A DNA stretch of 64,000 nt from an uncultured Solibacteraceae bacterium (GCA_964419785.1 CAYQRM010000046.1:9473-73472), one strand, 5' to 3'; shown: positions 17,259 through 28,288, numbered from the stretch's first letter. The notes: generated by a model from the sequence alone, not told the origin. Translations and numbers: made by a program.

Positions 17259-20200
17259 ATGTCTCGCCTGATTCGTCCCGGTCTCGCCCTCAGCGCTGCT
17301 CTTGTATTAACGCTTGCCGGCGGCGCGACGCTGCCCTTGAGCGTCGCGCGCACGGAGGCACAGGGCGCGCCCGCGCCGATGCCCGACCCGGCCGTGCTCG
17401 GCGCCTTCAAGTGGCGCAGCATCGGGCCGGAGCGTGGCGGGCGATCGCTGACGGTGTCTGGCGTCAAAGGCCAGCCGAACGTCGGCTACTTCGGTGCCAC
17501 CGGCGGCGGCTTGTGGAAGACGACGGACAAGGGCGTGACGTGGGCGCCGGTCACCGACGGCCAAATCACGAGCTCGTCGGTCGGCGCCGTCGCGGTGTCC
17601 GAGACGAATCCCGACGAGGTGTTCATCGGCACGGGCGAGTCCTGCATCCGTGGCAATATCCAGCCCGGGGACGGCGTCTACAAGTCCACGGACGCGGGCA
17701 AAACGTGGACGCACGTCGGGTTCACGGACGGTCAGAACATCTCGAAGATCCGCATCCACCCCACCAACCCGGACGTCGTCTTCGTGGCAGTCTTCGGCAA
17801 GTACAGCGCGCCGAACGACGAGCGTGGAATCTACAAGTCGGTGGACGCCGGCAAGACATGGAAGCGCGTGCTCTTCCGCGACAACAAGACGGCCGGCGTC
17901 GACTTGTGGATCGACCACAATCATCCCGATGTGATATTTGCGGCGATGTGGGAGGCATTCCGGCTCGAGTACACGATGTCGTCGGGCGGCCCGGGCAGCG
18001 GGCTGTTCAAGTCGACCGACGGCGGCGAGCACTGGACGGAGATCACGCGCAATCCTGGCCTGCCGCAGACCGGGCTCGACGGCAAGATCGGCGTGACCGT
18101 CTCGGGCGCTGACTCGAATCGCGTCTACGCGCTTGTCGAGAACGACAACGGCGGGCTCTTCCGGTCCGACGACGCCGGCGCGACTTGGACGCTCGTGAAC
18201 TCCAACCGGACCATTCGCCAGCGCGCGTTCTACTACACGCATGTCGTCGCCGATCCGCACGACAAGGATCTGGTCTACGCCATGGACACCGGTGTGTTCC
18301 GATCAGCCGACGGCGGCAAGACGCTCGGCGGCCTCGACGCCACCGGCGGCGGTCGCGGCGGCAGTTTTGCGGGAGGCGACTCGCACGATCTGTGGATCGA
18401 TCCCGACGACTCGAACCACGTCATGCACGCGAGTGATGGCGGCGGCGCGATTACCTACACCGCACTCACGCAGCCAACGTGGTCATCGCGCGCGTATCCG
18501 ACCGGGCAGTTCTACCACGTCATCACGACCAAACACGTGCCCTATCACGTGTGCGGCGCACAGCAGGACTCGAGCACGATCTGCGTGCCGAGCAACACCG
18601 GGCTCAACGCGGGCTTCGGCAGAGGACGTGGCGGCGGCGGTGGCGCGGGCGGACGTGGCGGGCCGGCCGCGGACCCCCTCGCGAACACGTACAACGCGGG
18701 CGGCGCCGAACCCGGCTACATCGCGACCGATCCGAAAGATCCCGACGTGTACTTTTCCGGTGGCAACAACGGATCGTTCCTCGAGCGCCTGAACCGACGC
18801 ACGGGCGAGACCCGCGAGGTCGGGCCGTACCCGCGCGAGTTCTCGGGCGAACCCTCGAGCGCGCTCGTCGAGCGCATCCAGTGGACGTTCCCGATCATCT
18901 TCTCGCCCGTCGATCCTCACGTGCTCTACACGGGCACGCAGCACGTCTGGAAAAGCACCGACCAGGGCGAAACGTGGACGCGCATCAGCCCCGATCTCTC
19001 CCGCCACGATCCGAAGACGATGGGCGACTCGGGTGGACCGATCACGCACGACATGAACAGCCCCGAGGTCTACGCGACCGTCTTCGCGATCGGCCCGTCG
19101 AAGAAGGACGTCAACGTCCTCTGGACCGGCACCGACGACGGTTACGTGCAGGTGACGCGCGATGGTGGCAAGAACTGGAAGAACGTCACGCCGAAGGACA
19201 TGCCTGATCTCGGCCGCGTGAGCATCATCGACGCGTCGGCGTTCGACGCGGGCACCGCGTACGTCGCCGTGAAGAAGCCGCTGCTCGACGACTTCGCGCC
19301 GTACCTGTACCGCACGCACGACTACGGCGCGACGTGGACGAAGATCGTCACGGGCATTCGCGCCGACGACTACACGCACGCCATCCGCGAGGATCCGAAC
19401 CGTCGCGGTCTGCTCTACGCGGGCACGCAGCACGGCTTCTACATTTCGTACGACGACGGCGATCACTGGCAGTCGTTGTCGCTCAACCTGCCCGACGTGC
19501 AGGTCTGCGACATCGCCGTCGAAGCCAACGACATCGTGATCTCCACGCACGGACGCGGGTTCTACGTCCTCGATCGCGTGGGGCCGCTGCGCCAGTACAG
19601 CGCGCAGGTGCTCTCGTCGCAGGCGTATCTCTTCAAACCCGACGCGGCGATTCGATCCGCCGGCGGCGGATTGATCCAGTACCTGCTGCGGCAGCCCGCG
19701 AAGGCGCTGAAGATCGAGGTCGTCGACGCGAAAGGCACGGTCGTCGACACCTTCGACGGGTCGTCGGGAGCCAGTGCCGATACCGCGGGCGGAGCGGGCG
19801 GCCGCGGTGGACGCGGCGGCGGCGGACGCGGCGGCGGTGGCTTCACACCGGCGGCGGCGATGGGGACAGGACTCAACAGCGTGACGTGGAGTCTCCGCTA
19901 CCCGAACGCCGTGTCGTTCCCCGGCATGATCCTGTGGGGCGGCGGCGTGGCCGGTCCGGCCGCGCCGCCCGGAACCTACACGGTGCGCATGACCGTCGAT
20001 GGCCAGACGCAAACGCAGCCGCTGGTCGTCAAGCGCCATCCGCTGTACAGCGCGACGGACGCGGACTTGCAGGCGCAGTTCGACCTCGCGATTCAAATCC
20101 GCGACAAGGTCAGCGAAGCGAACCAGGCGGTGATCGACATTCGCAATATGAAGCAGCAGATCGCCGATCGCCTGACCAAATCGAACGACGCGAAGCTGAA

Positions 20201-20507
20201 GGCGGCCGGCGACAAGCTCACGGCGAATCTGAGCGCGGTCGAAGCCGACATCTATCAGGTGAAAAACCAGAGCGGCCAGGATCCGCTGAACTTCCCAATC
20301 AAGACGAACAACCGGCTCGCATCACTGCTCTCGATGGTGGACAACGGCGACGGTAAGCCGACGACCAACGCGCCGATCATCTTTCAAGACCTCAGCAAGG
20401 AGCTGAAGGCCGAGACCGATCGGTTGGAGGAGACCTTGCTTGGCGACCTCGCCGTGTTCAATACCGAAGCGAAGAGGCTGGGGCTCGACGCGGTGGTACG
20501 AAAGTAG
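17259..20507 (+). CDS. Sortilin/VPS10-like BNR (Asp-box) repeat beta-propeller protein, secreted
   Basis: At least 9 Asp-boxes (KSTDAGKTW, KSVDAGKTW, KSTDGGEHW, RSDDAGATW, KSTDQGETW, TRDGGKNW, THDYGATW, SYDDGDHW). Signal peptide MSRLIRPGLALSAALVLTLAGG. Two Gly/Arg-rich inserts. Confidence 0.88.
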   Translation: MSRLIRPGLALSAALVLTLAGGATLPLSVARTEAQGAPAPMPDPAVLGAFKWRSIGPERGGRSLTVSGVKGQPNVGYFGATGGGLWKTTDKGVTWAPVTDGQITSSSVGAVAVSETNPDEVFIGTGESCIRGNIQPGDGVYKSTDAGKTWTHVGFTDGQNISKIRIHPTNPDVVFVAVFGKYSAPNDERGIYKSVDAGKTWKRVLFRDNKTAGVDLWIDHNHPDVIFAAMWEAFRLEYTMSSGGPGSGLFKSTDGGEHWTEITRNPGLPQTGLDGKIGVTVSGADSNRVYALVENDNGGLFRSDDAGATWTLVNSNRTIRQRAFYYTHVVADPHDKDLVYAMDTGVFRSADGGKTLGGLDATGGGRGGSFAGGDSHDLWIDPDDSNHVMHASDGGGAITYTALTQPTWSSRAYPTGQFYHVITTKHVPYHVCGAQQDSSTICVPSNTGLNAGFGRGRGGGGGAGGRGGPAADPLANTYNAGGAEPGYIATDPKDPDVYFSGGNNGSFLERLNRRTGETREVGPYPREFSGEPSSALVERIQWTFPIIFSPVDPHVLYTGTQHVWKSTDQGETWTRISPDLSRHDPKTMGDSGGPITHDMNSPEVYATVFAIGPSKKDVNVLWTGTDDGYVQVTRDGGKNWKNVTPKDMPDLGRVSIIDASAFDAGTAYVAVKKPLLDDFAPYLYRTHDYGATWTKIVTGIRADDYTHAIREDPNRRGLLYAGTQHGFYISYDDGDHWQSLSLNLPDVQVCDIAVEANDIVISTHGRGFYVLDRVGPLRQYSAQVLSSQAYLFKPDAAIRSAGGGLIQYLLRQPAKALKIEVVDAKGTVVDTFDGSSGASADTAGGAGGRGGRGGGGRGGGGFTPAAAMGTGLNSVTWSLRYPNAVSFPGMILWGGGVAGPAAPPGTYTVRMTVDGQTQTQPLVVKRHPLYSATDADLQAQFDLAIQIRDKVSEANQAVIDIRNMKQQIADRLTKSNDAKLKAAGDKLTANLSAVEADIYQVKNQSGQDPLNFPIKTNNRLASLLSMVDNGDGKPTTNAPIIFQDLSKELKAETDRLEETLLGDLAVFNTEAKRLGLDAVVRK

Positions 20508-20542
20508 ACATCCTGGCGGATTAAGGACTTCAGCAAAGGCCG

Positions 20543-22021
20543 TCAGTCAAACCAGGCCGCAACCTGCGCCTTGGTGACCTTGCCCATCGCGTTGCGAGGC
20601 AGCGCCGGCACGCAGCGCAGGTCTTTGGGGACCTTGTACGGCGAGATGCGCTCTTTCATCCACGCCTGCAGCTCGTCGAGCGAGAGGGCCAGGCCCCGGC
20701 GTAACTCGACCGCCGCGCAGACACGCTCGCCCCAGCTCGGATCGGCGATGCCAACGACCGCGCAGTCCGCCACTGACGGATGCGCGCGCACGGCGTCCTC
20801 GATCTCGAGCGCCGAGATCTTGTATCCCCCACTCTTGATGATGTCGACGTTCTGCCGGCCGAGCAGGCGATAGGCGCCGTCTTCGATGACGGCCACGTCG
20901 CCGGTGCGAAACCAGCCGTCGCGGAACGCGGCGCGCGTGAGATCGGGCCGGCGCCAGTATTCGGAAAACAGTCCAGGACTCCGCACTTCGACTTCGCCCG
21001 GCGATCCGGGCGGAACCGGCGCGCCGTGCTCGTCGACGAGGCGAACCGTAACGCCCGGCAGTGGCGTGCCAACCGACGCAGGCCGTCGCCGGCCGTGGAG
21101 TGGATTCGAGAGCACCATTCCGACCTCGGTCAGGCCGTAGCGCTCGAGCAACACTTGTCCGGTGATCTCCTGCCAGCGCGCGAGCACGGCCACGGGCAGC
21201 GCCGCCGATCCGCACATCATGAGGCGCGCGCGCCGCGCGCCCGCGGACCACGCCTCGCGTGTAGCCTCAGGCGCGGCTTCCCATCGCGCGATCAACCGGT
21301 GATAGACGGTGGGCACGGCCGTGAAGACCGTGATCTCCCCCGACGCGAGGCGCGTCCATGTCGCGGTCGCGTCGAAGCGCGGCATCATCTCGCAGCCGCC
21401 GCCCGCTCGAATCGGCGTCCAGCACGCGTTGACGAGACCGTGCGTGTGATGCAGCGGCAGCACAAGCAGCGATCGGTCGTCGGCCGTCCACTCCCACGCC
21501 TTCACGAGCGACGAGACCTGCGCGGCAATCGCCGCGTGCGTCATCACGACGCCCTTCGGCTTGGCGGTCGTCCCGCTCGAGTACAGCATGAGCGCGCGAC
21601 GATCGGGCAGCACGACCGGCAAATCGCGCGTCTCGGCCGACAGCATCTCGTCGATGGTGCGCAGCTGGGCGCCGGCGCCTGACGCGAGCGGTTTGACGGC
21701 CTGGGCGAACGCGTGACCCGCGATAATCGCGTCGATCTCGGCGTCTCGCAGGACGTAGTCGAGCTCGGCGGCCGGATCGGCCACGGCGAGCGAGACGGCG
21801 AGGCCGCCCGCGCGCCAGACGCCCGCGAGTGCCGCGACGAATTCGAAGCCCGGTTGAATCAGGAGCGCGATGCGCGCTTCCGCGAGATCGCCGCGCGACG
21901 CGACGAGCGCCGACGCGACGCGCGCCGACGCGTCGTCGAGATCGGCGTGCGTGTGCACACCACCGCCATCGACGATCGCCAGGCGCTCGCGGGAGCCGCG
22001 CCGGGGCTCAGTGAATTCCAT
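20543..22021 (-). CDS. AMP-dependent synthetase/ligase (acyl-CoA synthetase family)
   Basis: AMP-binding motif LMLYSSGTTAKPKGVVMTH, plus ...GWFRTGDVAV..., and IIKSGGYKIS. Start taken at ATG 22021 (14-nt overlap with the upstream stop). Confidence 0.9.
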   Translation of the reverse strand: MEFTEPRRGSRERLAIVDGGGVHTHADLDDASARVASALVASRGDLAEARIALLIQPGFEFVAALAGVWRAGGLAVSLAVADPAAELDYVLRDAEIDAIIAGHAFAQAVKPLASGAGAQLRTIDEMLSAETRDLPVVLPDRRALMLYSSGTTAKPKGVVMTHAAIAAQVSSLVKAWEWTADDRSLLVLPLHHTHGLVNACWTPIRAGGGCEMMPRFDATATWTRLASGEITVFTAVPTVYHRLIARWEAAPEATREAWSAGARRARLMMCGSAALPVAVLARWQEITGQVLLERYGLTEVGMVLSNPLHGRRRPASVGTPLPGVTVRLVDEHGAPVPPGSPGEVEVRSPGLFSEYWRRPDLTRAAFRDGWFRTGDVAVIEDGAYRLLGRQNVDIIKSGGYKISALEIEDAVRAHPSVADCAVVGIADPSWGERVCAAVELRRGLALSLDELQAWMKERISPYKVPKDLRCVPALPRNAMGKVTKAQVAAWFD

Positions 22022-22553
22022 GTCCCATTTGCAGCAGATGCGGGTCCGCGCCAAGCCGGCGAATCGCCATCTCCCACGCGGACGTCGAGGGGATCTCGAA
22101 GATCAGATCGAGCTCGACCGGCATGATGAGCCACGCCGATTCAGCGAGTTCCTGATCGAGCTGGCCGGGTCCCCAGCCCGCGTAGCCTGCGAGGACAAGC
22201 GTGCGCTTGGGCAGCGGCCGCGACATCAGGGCGCGACGCAGCAGCACCGGCGACGCCGATAAGTACAACCCGGCACCAACGCTGCGATGCTCGACGTGCT
22301 CGGGCGCCTGCGCGGTGAGAATCCATCCGCGCTCGGGCTCGACCGGTCCGCCGATGAGGAGCGGAAGATCGTTCGGATCGTTGACCGGCGGCTCGAGGCG
22401 CACCGCTTCGGCCGCGGCGATCTCCGACGGACGATTGACGACGAGGCCGAACGCGCCCTCTGGAGCGTGCTCGCACAGCAGCACGACCGACTTCGCGAAG
22501 TTCGGATCGAGCAGCTGCGGCATCGACAACAGGAGCGCGGGTGCGAGCGACAT
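22008..22553 (-). CDS. YqgE/AlgH family protein (UPF0301)
   Basis: LLLSMPQLLDPNFAKSVVLLCEHAPEGAFGLVVNRPS...GGPVEPERGWIL...GYAGWGPGQLDQE. Confidence 0.9.
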   Translation of the reverse strand: MSLAPALLLSMPQLLDPNFAKSVVLLCEHAPEGAFGLVVNRPSEIAAAEAVRLEPPVNDPNDLPLLIGGPVEPERGWILTAQAPEHVEHRSVGAGLYLSASPVLLRRALMSRPLPKRTLVLAGYAGWGPGQLDQELAESAWLIMPVELDLIFEIPSTSAWEMAIRRLGADPHLLQMGHGIH

Positions 22554-22803
22554 GATCGCAGTTTACCGGACTGCAAGGTCCGTGCTGAGGAGAAGTGCTT
22601 CGTGCAGGGTGCGTGGGGCCGGTGTGACGGACAGTGTTGGGCGCTCGACGTGCGCGCAACTTAGTGTGAGCCTCGAGTGCGAGCGAATGGATCGGACGTC
22701 CGATGCGGATCGGAGTGCGGTTCCGCCGCACGCCGACGAGACGCATCGCCGCGATACTTTGTTCGCTGTTAATACGGGTCGAGCCGACTTGCGCCGCGGG
22801 CGC

Positions 22804-23862
22804 TCAAGAGGCGGCGGGCACGGCGCGCCGGGCCCACGAAATGGCCTCGCTGACAATTTCGTCGCCGGCTGACGGATGTGACGCGAGCGCATCGAGCGCC
22901 CGTCGTGCCTCATCGGGCGCCAGCCGCGCCGCGGCGTAGGCGAGCGACCGGCGGATGCGTCGCAGGCCCGCGCGTCGCATCGCGCTGCCCGACAGATTCT
23001 GGCGCCACGCATCGTCCGATCGCACGCAGAGATCGATGAGCGACGGAAATGCGAGGCCGTCGCGTGCCTGCCATGCAGGATCGTCGCTCGCGGCCGCGCG
23101 CCGGTTCCACGGACACACGTCCTGACAGATGTCGCAGCCGACAATCTGCGGTCCCATCGACGCGCGCATCGGCTCGGCGACGGCGGCGCGCGTTTCAATC
23201 GTGAGGTACGACAGACATCGCGTCGCGTCGACCACGTAGGGCTCGACGATGGCGTGCGTGGGACAGGCGTCGAGACAGCGCGTGCACGTTCCGCATTGAT
23301 CGACGCCGGACGTGTCGGGCTCGAGATCGGCGCTCGTCAGAATCTCGGCCAGAAACAGCCAGGACCCGAGGGACGGATTGATCAGGCACGTGTTCTTGCC
23401 GATCCACCCGAGTCCCGCTCGCTCGGCGAACACGCGCTCCTGAATCGGCCCGCTGTCCACGCACGAAAACGCTTCGAGATCGCCGTCGCAGGTGGCCGCC
23501 ATCCACTCCACGAGCCCGCGCAGCCGCGCTCGCAGGACGTCGTGGTAGTCATCGCCCCAGGCGTACCGCGCAATGGCCGCGCGTCCGGGTCCGATGACCG
23601 CGTTCGAGTACGGCGCGTTTGTGTTGTAGACGCACGCGAGCGAGACCACTGATCGGGCCGTGGGCAGAACGCGTCGAGGGTCCAATCGCTCGTCGCGCGA
23701 CTTCGCGAGATACCGCATCTCGCCGGCGAAACCGCGATCGAGCCACTCGGACAGACGCCGGAGGCGCGGATGTGGCGCGGCCGAAGCGATGCCGCAGAGG
23801 TCGAATCCGGCCTCGCGCGCGCGAGCTTTCACCGCCGCGGAGCTCAGCGCGTCACTTGGCAA
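22804..23862 (-). CDS. queG: tRNA epoxyqueuosine(34) reductase
   Basis: GFDLCGIA..., MRYLAKS, 4Fe-4S motifs [16 protein letters not shown] and [12 protein letters not shown]-terminal HEAT-like tail. Confidence 0.92.
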   Translation of the reverse strand: MPSDALSSAAVKARAREAGFDLCGIASAAPHPRLRRLSEWLDRGFAGEMRYLAKSRDERLDPRRVLPTARSVVSLACVYNTNAPYSNAVIGPGRAAIARYAWGDDYHDVLRARLRGLVEWMAATCDGDLEAFSCVDSGPIQERVFAERAGLGWIGKNTCLINPSLGSWLFLAEILTSADLEPDTSGVDQCGTCTRCLDACPTHAIVEPYVVDATRCLSYLTIETRAAVAEPMRASMGPQIVGCDICQDVCPWNRRAAASDDPAWQARDGLAFPSLIDLCVRSDDAWRQNLSGSAMRRAGLRRIRRSLAYAAARLAPDEARRALDALASHPSAGDEIVSEAISWARRAVPAAS

Positions 23863-26554
23863 GCTTCCTCAGCACGTACGGCAGGATGCCGCCGTGCGTG
23901 AACGCCGTGAGCTCATCCGGCGTGTCGACGCGGACGTTCGCGCTGAACGTTTTCGTCGATCCGTCGTCGCGTCGCGCACGCACCGTAACCTTGCCGCGCA
24001 CGGTCAGCCCGGCGCCCGATCCATCGAGGTCGAACACCTCGTGGCCGGTGAGTCCGAGCGACGCGGCCGTCTCGCCCGCCGCGAATTCGAGCGGCAGCAC
24101 GCCCATGTTGACGAGGTTGCTGCGATGGATGCGCTCGAAGCTCTCGGCGATGACGGCCTTCACGCCGAGCAGCATCACGCCCTTGGCCGCCCAGTCGCGC
24201 GACGATCCGGAGCCGTACTCCTTGCCGGCAATCACCACGAGCGGCACGCCCGCGGCGATGTATTTCATGGCCGCGTCGAAGATCGGCATCACGGTGCCGT
24301 CGGCGAGATATGTCGTCATGCCGCCTTCCGTGCCGGGCGCGAGCTGGTTGCGCAGCCGGACGTTGGCGAAGGTGCCGCGTATCATCACCTCGTGATTGCC
24401 GCGACGCGAGCCGTACGAATTGAAGTCTTTCGGCTGCACGCCTTGGGCGATCAGGTACTTGCCGGCCGGACTGTCGACCTTGATCGAGCCGGCCGGTGAG
24501 ATGTGATCCGTGGTGATGCTGTCGCCAAGCACCGCGAGCGCGCGCGCACCCTTGATGTCCACGAGCGGCGCTGGCGTCGCCGACAGCGCATCGAGAAACG
24601 GCGGCCGCCGGACGTAGGTCGACGCGGCCTCCCACGCGAAACGGTCGCCCTTGGGCACCGGAAGCGACCGCCAGAGATCATTGCCGTCGAACACCTTCGC
24701 GTACTGATGTCGGAACATGTCCGCCGACACCGACGCGAGCATCGTCTGCTGAATCTCCTGTTCGGTCGGCCAGAGGTCGCGCAGGTAGACCGGACGTCCC
24801 TGGCGATCGTTACCGAGCGGTTCGGCTGCGACGTCGACGTTGAGCGATCCGGCGAGTGCATAGGCCACAACGAGCGGCGGCGACGCGAGGTAATTCGCGC
24901 GCACATCCTGCTGGATGCGGCCTTCGAAGTTGCGATTGCCCGACAGCACGGAACAGACGACGAGGCCGCGCTCGCGCACTTCGGCGGCAATCTCATCGGG
25001 CAGCGGTCCACTGTTGCCGATGCACGTCGTGCATCCGTAGCCGACCAGATTGAAGCCGAGCGCGTCGAGGTATTTCTGAAGACCTGATTTCTCGAGGTAG
25101 TCGCTGACGACTTTCGAGCCGGGCGCGAGGCTCGTCTTCACCCACGGCTTGCTCGTCAGGCCGAGTTCGACGGCTTTCTTCGCCACGAGCCCGGCGCCGA
25201 TCATCACGCTCGGGTTCGACGTGTTCGTGCAGCTCGTGATGGCGGCGATCACGACCGATCCGTGCTCGAGCTCGGTCTCCACGGCAGTCGCCGCGGCGGG
25301 GCCTTTGGCGCTCGCCGCGCGTCCGCTCGCCGGCGTTTTGACGGCTTTAAGAAGATCGGGCAGGGCCGTCGCGAACGACGTCTTGGCCGATTTGAGCGGC
25401 ACGCGATCCTGCGGACGCCTCGGTCCCGCGAGGCTCGGCACGACGCTCTCCAAATCGAGCGTGAGCGTGTCTGAGTACGCAGCGTCGGGCGTCTCGTCCG
25501 TCCGGAACATGCCCTGCGCGCGCGCGTACGTTTCGACTTGCGTCACCTGCGCCTCGTCGCGGCCCGTGAAGCGCAAGTACTCCAGTGTCATGTCGTCGAT
25601 CGGGAAAATCGCGACGGTCGCGCCGTACTCGGGGCACATGTTGCCGAGCGTCACGCGGTCCGCGATCGTCAGGTGCTTCAGTCCGGGACCAAAGAACTCG
25701 ACGAACTTCCCCACAACGCCCTTCTTGCGAAGGGCCTCGGTGACGGTCAGCACGAGATCGGTCGCCGTCGTGCCCGGCGGGAGATGCCCGACGAGCTTGT
25801 AGCCGACGACGTCGGGAATCAGCATCGAGCTCGGCTGACCGAGCATCGCGGCCTCCGCCTCGATGCCGCCGACGCCCCAGCCCACCACACCCAGTCCGTT
25901 CACCATTGTCGTGTGTGAATCGGTGCCGAAGACGGTGTCGGGATAGAGCAGCGGTCTCGCACCAGACGCGTCGCGATAGACGACGCGCGCAAGGTACTCG
26001 ATGTTCACCTGATGAACGATGCCGGTTTCCGGCGGCACGACGCGGAAGTTGCGAAACGCCGTCTGTCCCCAGCGAAGAAACACGTAGCGCTCGCGATTGC
26101 GCTGATACTCGAATTCGGCGTTGCGCTTGAGCGCATCGGCGCGGCCGAAGACGTCGACCTGCACCGAGTGATCGATGACGAGCTCGACCGGTTGGAGCGG
26201 ATTGACGCGGTCGGGATTGCCGCCGAACGCAAGAATGCCGTCGCGCATCGCGGCGAGATCGGCGATGCACGGCACGCCCGTGAAGTCCTGCAGAAGCACG
26301 CGCGCGGGCATGAACGAGATTTCCTTCTCGCTCTTTGCCCCCGGACGCCAGGACGCCAGCGAGCGGACGTCGTCGGCGGTGACCGACGACCCGTCCTCGC
26401 GGCGAAGCAGATTCTCGAGCAGTACCTTCAGCGAGAACGGCAGTCGTGGGACGCCGGGATAACCGGCGGCTTCGAGCGCGGGCAGGCTGAAGAAGTCGAC
26501 GCTATCGCGCCCGACGTTGAGCGACTGACGAGTCTTGAAGGAATCGAGAGACAT
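23852..26554 (-). CDS. acnA: Aconitate hydratase A
   Basis: 900 aa. Motifs [46 protein letters not shown] and [11 protein letters not shown]. Confidence 0.97.
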   Translation of the reverse strand: MSLDSFKTRQSLNVGRDSVDFFSLPALEAAGYPGVPRLPFSLKVLLENLLRREDGSSVTADDVRSLASWRPGAKSEKEISFMPARVLLQDFTGVPCIADLAAMRDGILAFGGNPDRVNPLQPVELVIDHSVQVDVFGRADALKRNAEFEYQRNRERYVFLRWGQTAFRNFRVVPPETGIVHQVNIEYLARVVYRDASGARPLLYPDTVFGTDSHTTMVNGLGVVGWGVGGIEAEAAMLGQPSSMLIPDVVGYKLVGHLPPGTTATDLVLTVTEALRKKGVVGKFVEFFGPGLKHLTIADRVTLGNMCPEYGATVAIFPIDDMTLEYLRFTGRDEAQVTQVETYARAQGMFRTDETPDAAYSDTLTLDLESVVPSLAGPRRPQDRVPLKSAKTSFATALPDLLKAVKTPASGRAASAKGPAAATAVETELEHGSVVIAAITSCTNTSNPSVMIGAGLVAKKAVELGLTSKPWVKTSLAPGSKVVSDYLEKSGLQKYLDALGFNLVGYGCTTCIGNSGPLPDEIAAEVRERGLVVCSVLSGNRNFEGRIQQDVRANYLASPPLVVAYALAGSLNVDVAAEPLGNDRQGRPVYLRDLWPTEQEIQQTMLASVSADMFRHQYAKVFDGNDLWRSLPVPKGDRFAWEAASTYVRRPPFLDALSATPAPLVDIKGARALAVLGDSITTDHISPAGSIKVDSPAGKYLIAQGVQPKDFNSYGSRRGNHEVMIRGTFANVRLRNQLAPGTEGGMTTYLADGTVMPIFDAAMKYIAAGVPLVVIAGKEYGSGSSRDWAAKGVMLLGVKAVIAESFERIHRSNLVNMGVLPLEFAAGETAASLGLTGHEVFDLDGSGAGLTVRGKVTVRARRDDGSTKTFSANVRVDTPDELTAFTHGGILPYVLRKLAK

Positions 26555-26570
26555 GAAATGCGTCCGGAGG

Positions 26571-27290
26571 CTAGAAGCCGAAGATGAACCCGCCAGCGAT
26601 CACGGGGCTGACGTGACGCGACCGCTGATCGAGCGAGAGGCCGGCGGAACGGATGGCGGCGCGAGCCTCGACGCGCGCGCCCAGCTTGCGAAACGCTCCG
26701 TGCGGCTGGTCTCGCCACCAGTATTTCATGCCGCCGCCAAGGTTGACGATCGTGCCGTCCTCGATGAGCACGCTGCTCTGGTCGAGGTCACGCTGCCAGC
26801 CCACGCCGCCGCGCACGAACAACTGCGCCCGACCGCGTGTCAGCACGGTCCACAGCGCCGAACCTTCGAGGGTGAATCGCGTCGTGCCGACCGTCGCCGT
26901 GATGGGTTCCGCGCCCTCGAAGTCACCGGACAGGCTCGTGCGGATCTCGGCTTTCGTCCACGTGCCGCTGACCTCGGCGGACAACCGGCGCGCGACGCGA
27001 AATCCAAGATGCGCTTCGAAACCTGTGCCAGACGACTCTTCGCTCGATGTCTGGAAGAGCGTCAGCGGTGAACCGTCGGGCGCTTGAAGGTTCGCGTTCG
27101 ACGAGCCGAACGAAATTGATCCGGTCCATGCGGCGCCGATCGCGAGCTCGAGGCCGCGATCGCGCGCGGGCGCCGGAGGCGACGCGGGCTTCGACGAGGG
27201 CGTTGCGCCTTGAGCAACGGCGGCCGACGAGCAAAGCGCCAGCAGGCCGGCCGCGAGCACGGCGCGGACGAGCGTGACATGACGCATCAT
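26571..27290 (-). CDS. Outer-membrane beta-barrel protein (small porin-like)
   Basis: Signal peptide ...[11 protein letters not shown], alternating beta-strand pattern and terminal aromatic residue (..GGFIFGF). ATGA overlap with the matrixin stop. Confidence 0.7.
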   Translation of the reverse strand: MMRHVTLVRAVLAAGLLALCSSAAVAQGATPSSKPASPPAPARDRGLELAIGAAWTGSISFGSSNANLQAPDGSPLTLFQTSSEESSGTGFEAHLGFRVARRLSAEVSGTWTKAEIRTSLSGDFEGAEPITATVGTTRFTLEGSALWTVLTRGRAQLFVRGGVGWQRDLDQSSVLIEDGTIVNLGGGMKYWWRDQPHGAFRKLGARVEARAAIRSAGLSLDQRSRHVSPVIAGGFIFGF

Positions 27291-28288
27291 TTCGGCTGGA
27301 CTCGAATCTCGATCGCCGGACCGGTGCCGCCGCGCGGCACGGCCACGAGTTTCGCGAAGTAGGTGGGCTTGAAGTTGAGATTCACGACGGTGTCCGGTTG
27401 AAAAAAGCTGTCGATGTCGCCGTCGTCGAGCGGCTCGACGCGAACGACGTAGAGCGCGGGTGGCAGGCCGTCGATCGAGAAATCGCCCTGCTGATCAAGC
27501 GCGAAGCTGCCGACGATCGCGCCCGTCGCCGGATTGAACGCCGTGACGTGCGCGCCGAACAATCCAGCGCCGTTGAGCGTCACGCGGCCGGAGATGCTTC
27601 CCGACTGCTGAAGAAAGTTCGGGCCGGGATAAATATCGGACATCCCGACCATGTCGTCAGGCTTCAATGCGCGGTCGGCGATGTTGCCGGCTGGGAACGC
27701 GATTGGAAACATGACCGCGTCCTTGCCGAGCACGCGCCGGCCGCCATCGGAGAGCAGCAGCGTCTCGCCAAGCGCCGAGTGCCCGAGACCGAAGAGATGT
27801 CCGATCTCATGGGTCGCGATGGACTGCACGTCGAAGCGCGACGCCTGGCCGTTCGGCGCGACGGACCAGTCGAACGCCGAGTTCACAAAAATGTCGGACT
27901 CGACGATCGCGCCCGTCGTCGCGTCGACGGCGTGCGTGGTCGCGGCGAGCACGCGATCGAGATCGGGCTGCGCCATGAAGCCGATCACCGTCGCGCCGTC
28001 GTTGTTGACGGGGTCGGCGCTCACGAATCCGACGAATTGCGCGGACACCTGCGTCGTCGACACACTGCCCCAGGTGCCAAACGCCGCCGCGACGGCCGCT
28101 TGCAGCTGCGGGGCGGTCACGCCTGGCACGTCACGGTCGGTGATGAAGTACCTCACCGGCATGCTCGGCCAGCGCAACGCGACGACGCGCGATCCGAGCT
28201 GCACGCCGAGCTTGAGATAGGCGTCGAGGCCCGGCGCGGCGACGATAACGAGCGTGAGGGTGAGGAGCAGAGCGCGGCGGCGGCTCAC
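27287..28288 (-). CDS. Matrixin-like (M10) zinc metalloprotease with C-terminal carboxypeptidase-regulatory-like domain
   Basis: HEIGHLFGLGHS zinc motif and Met-turn AVMFP. C-terminus GRVTLNGAGLFGAHVTAFN...VRVEPLD. GTGA overlap with the upstream stop. Confidence 0.85.
   Translation of the reverse strand: MSRRRALLLTLTLVIVAAPGLDAYLKLGVQLGSRVVALRWPSMPVRYFITDRDVPGVTAPQLQAAVAAAFGTWGSVSTTQVSAQFVGFVSADPVNNDGATVIGFMAQPDLDRVLAATTHAVDATTGAIVESDIFVNSAFDWSVAPNGQASRFDVQSIATHEIGHLFGLGHSALGETLLLSDGGRRVLGKDAVMFPIAFPAGNIADRALKPDDMVGMSDIYPGPNFLQQSGSISGRVTLNGAGLFGAHVTAFNPATGAIVGSFALDQQGDFSIDGLPPALYVVRVEPLDDGDIDSFFQPDTVVNLNFKPTYFAKLVAVPRGGTGPAIEIRVQPK

Noticed and set aside
22554-22803. Possible small RNA (SRP/4.5S, tmRNA or RNase P) in the 250-bp queG-yqgE spacer and other gaps.
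   Set aside because: None of the signature motifs I could recall for these RNAs is present (for example the SRP GGAAGGAAGCAGC-type domain IV or the tmRNA 5' GGGGCUGA…). Only a short palindrome and a 6-bp hairpin are visible.
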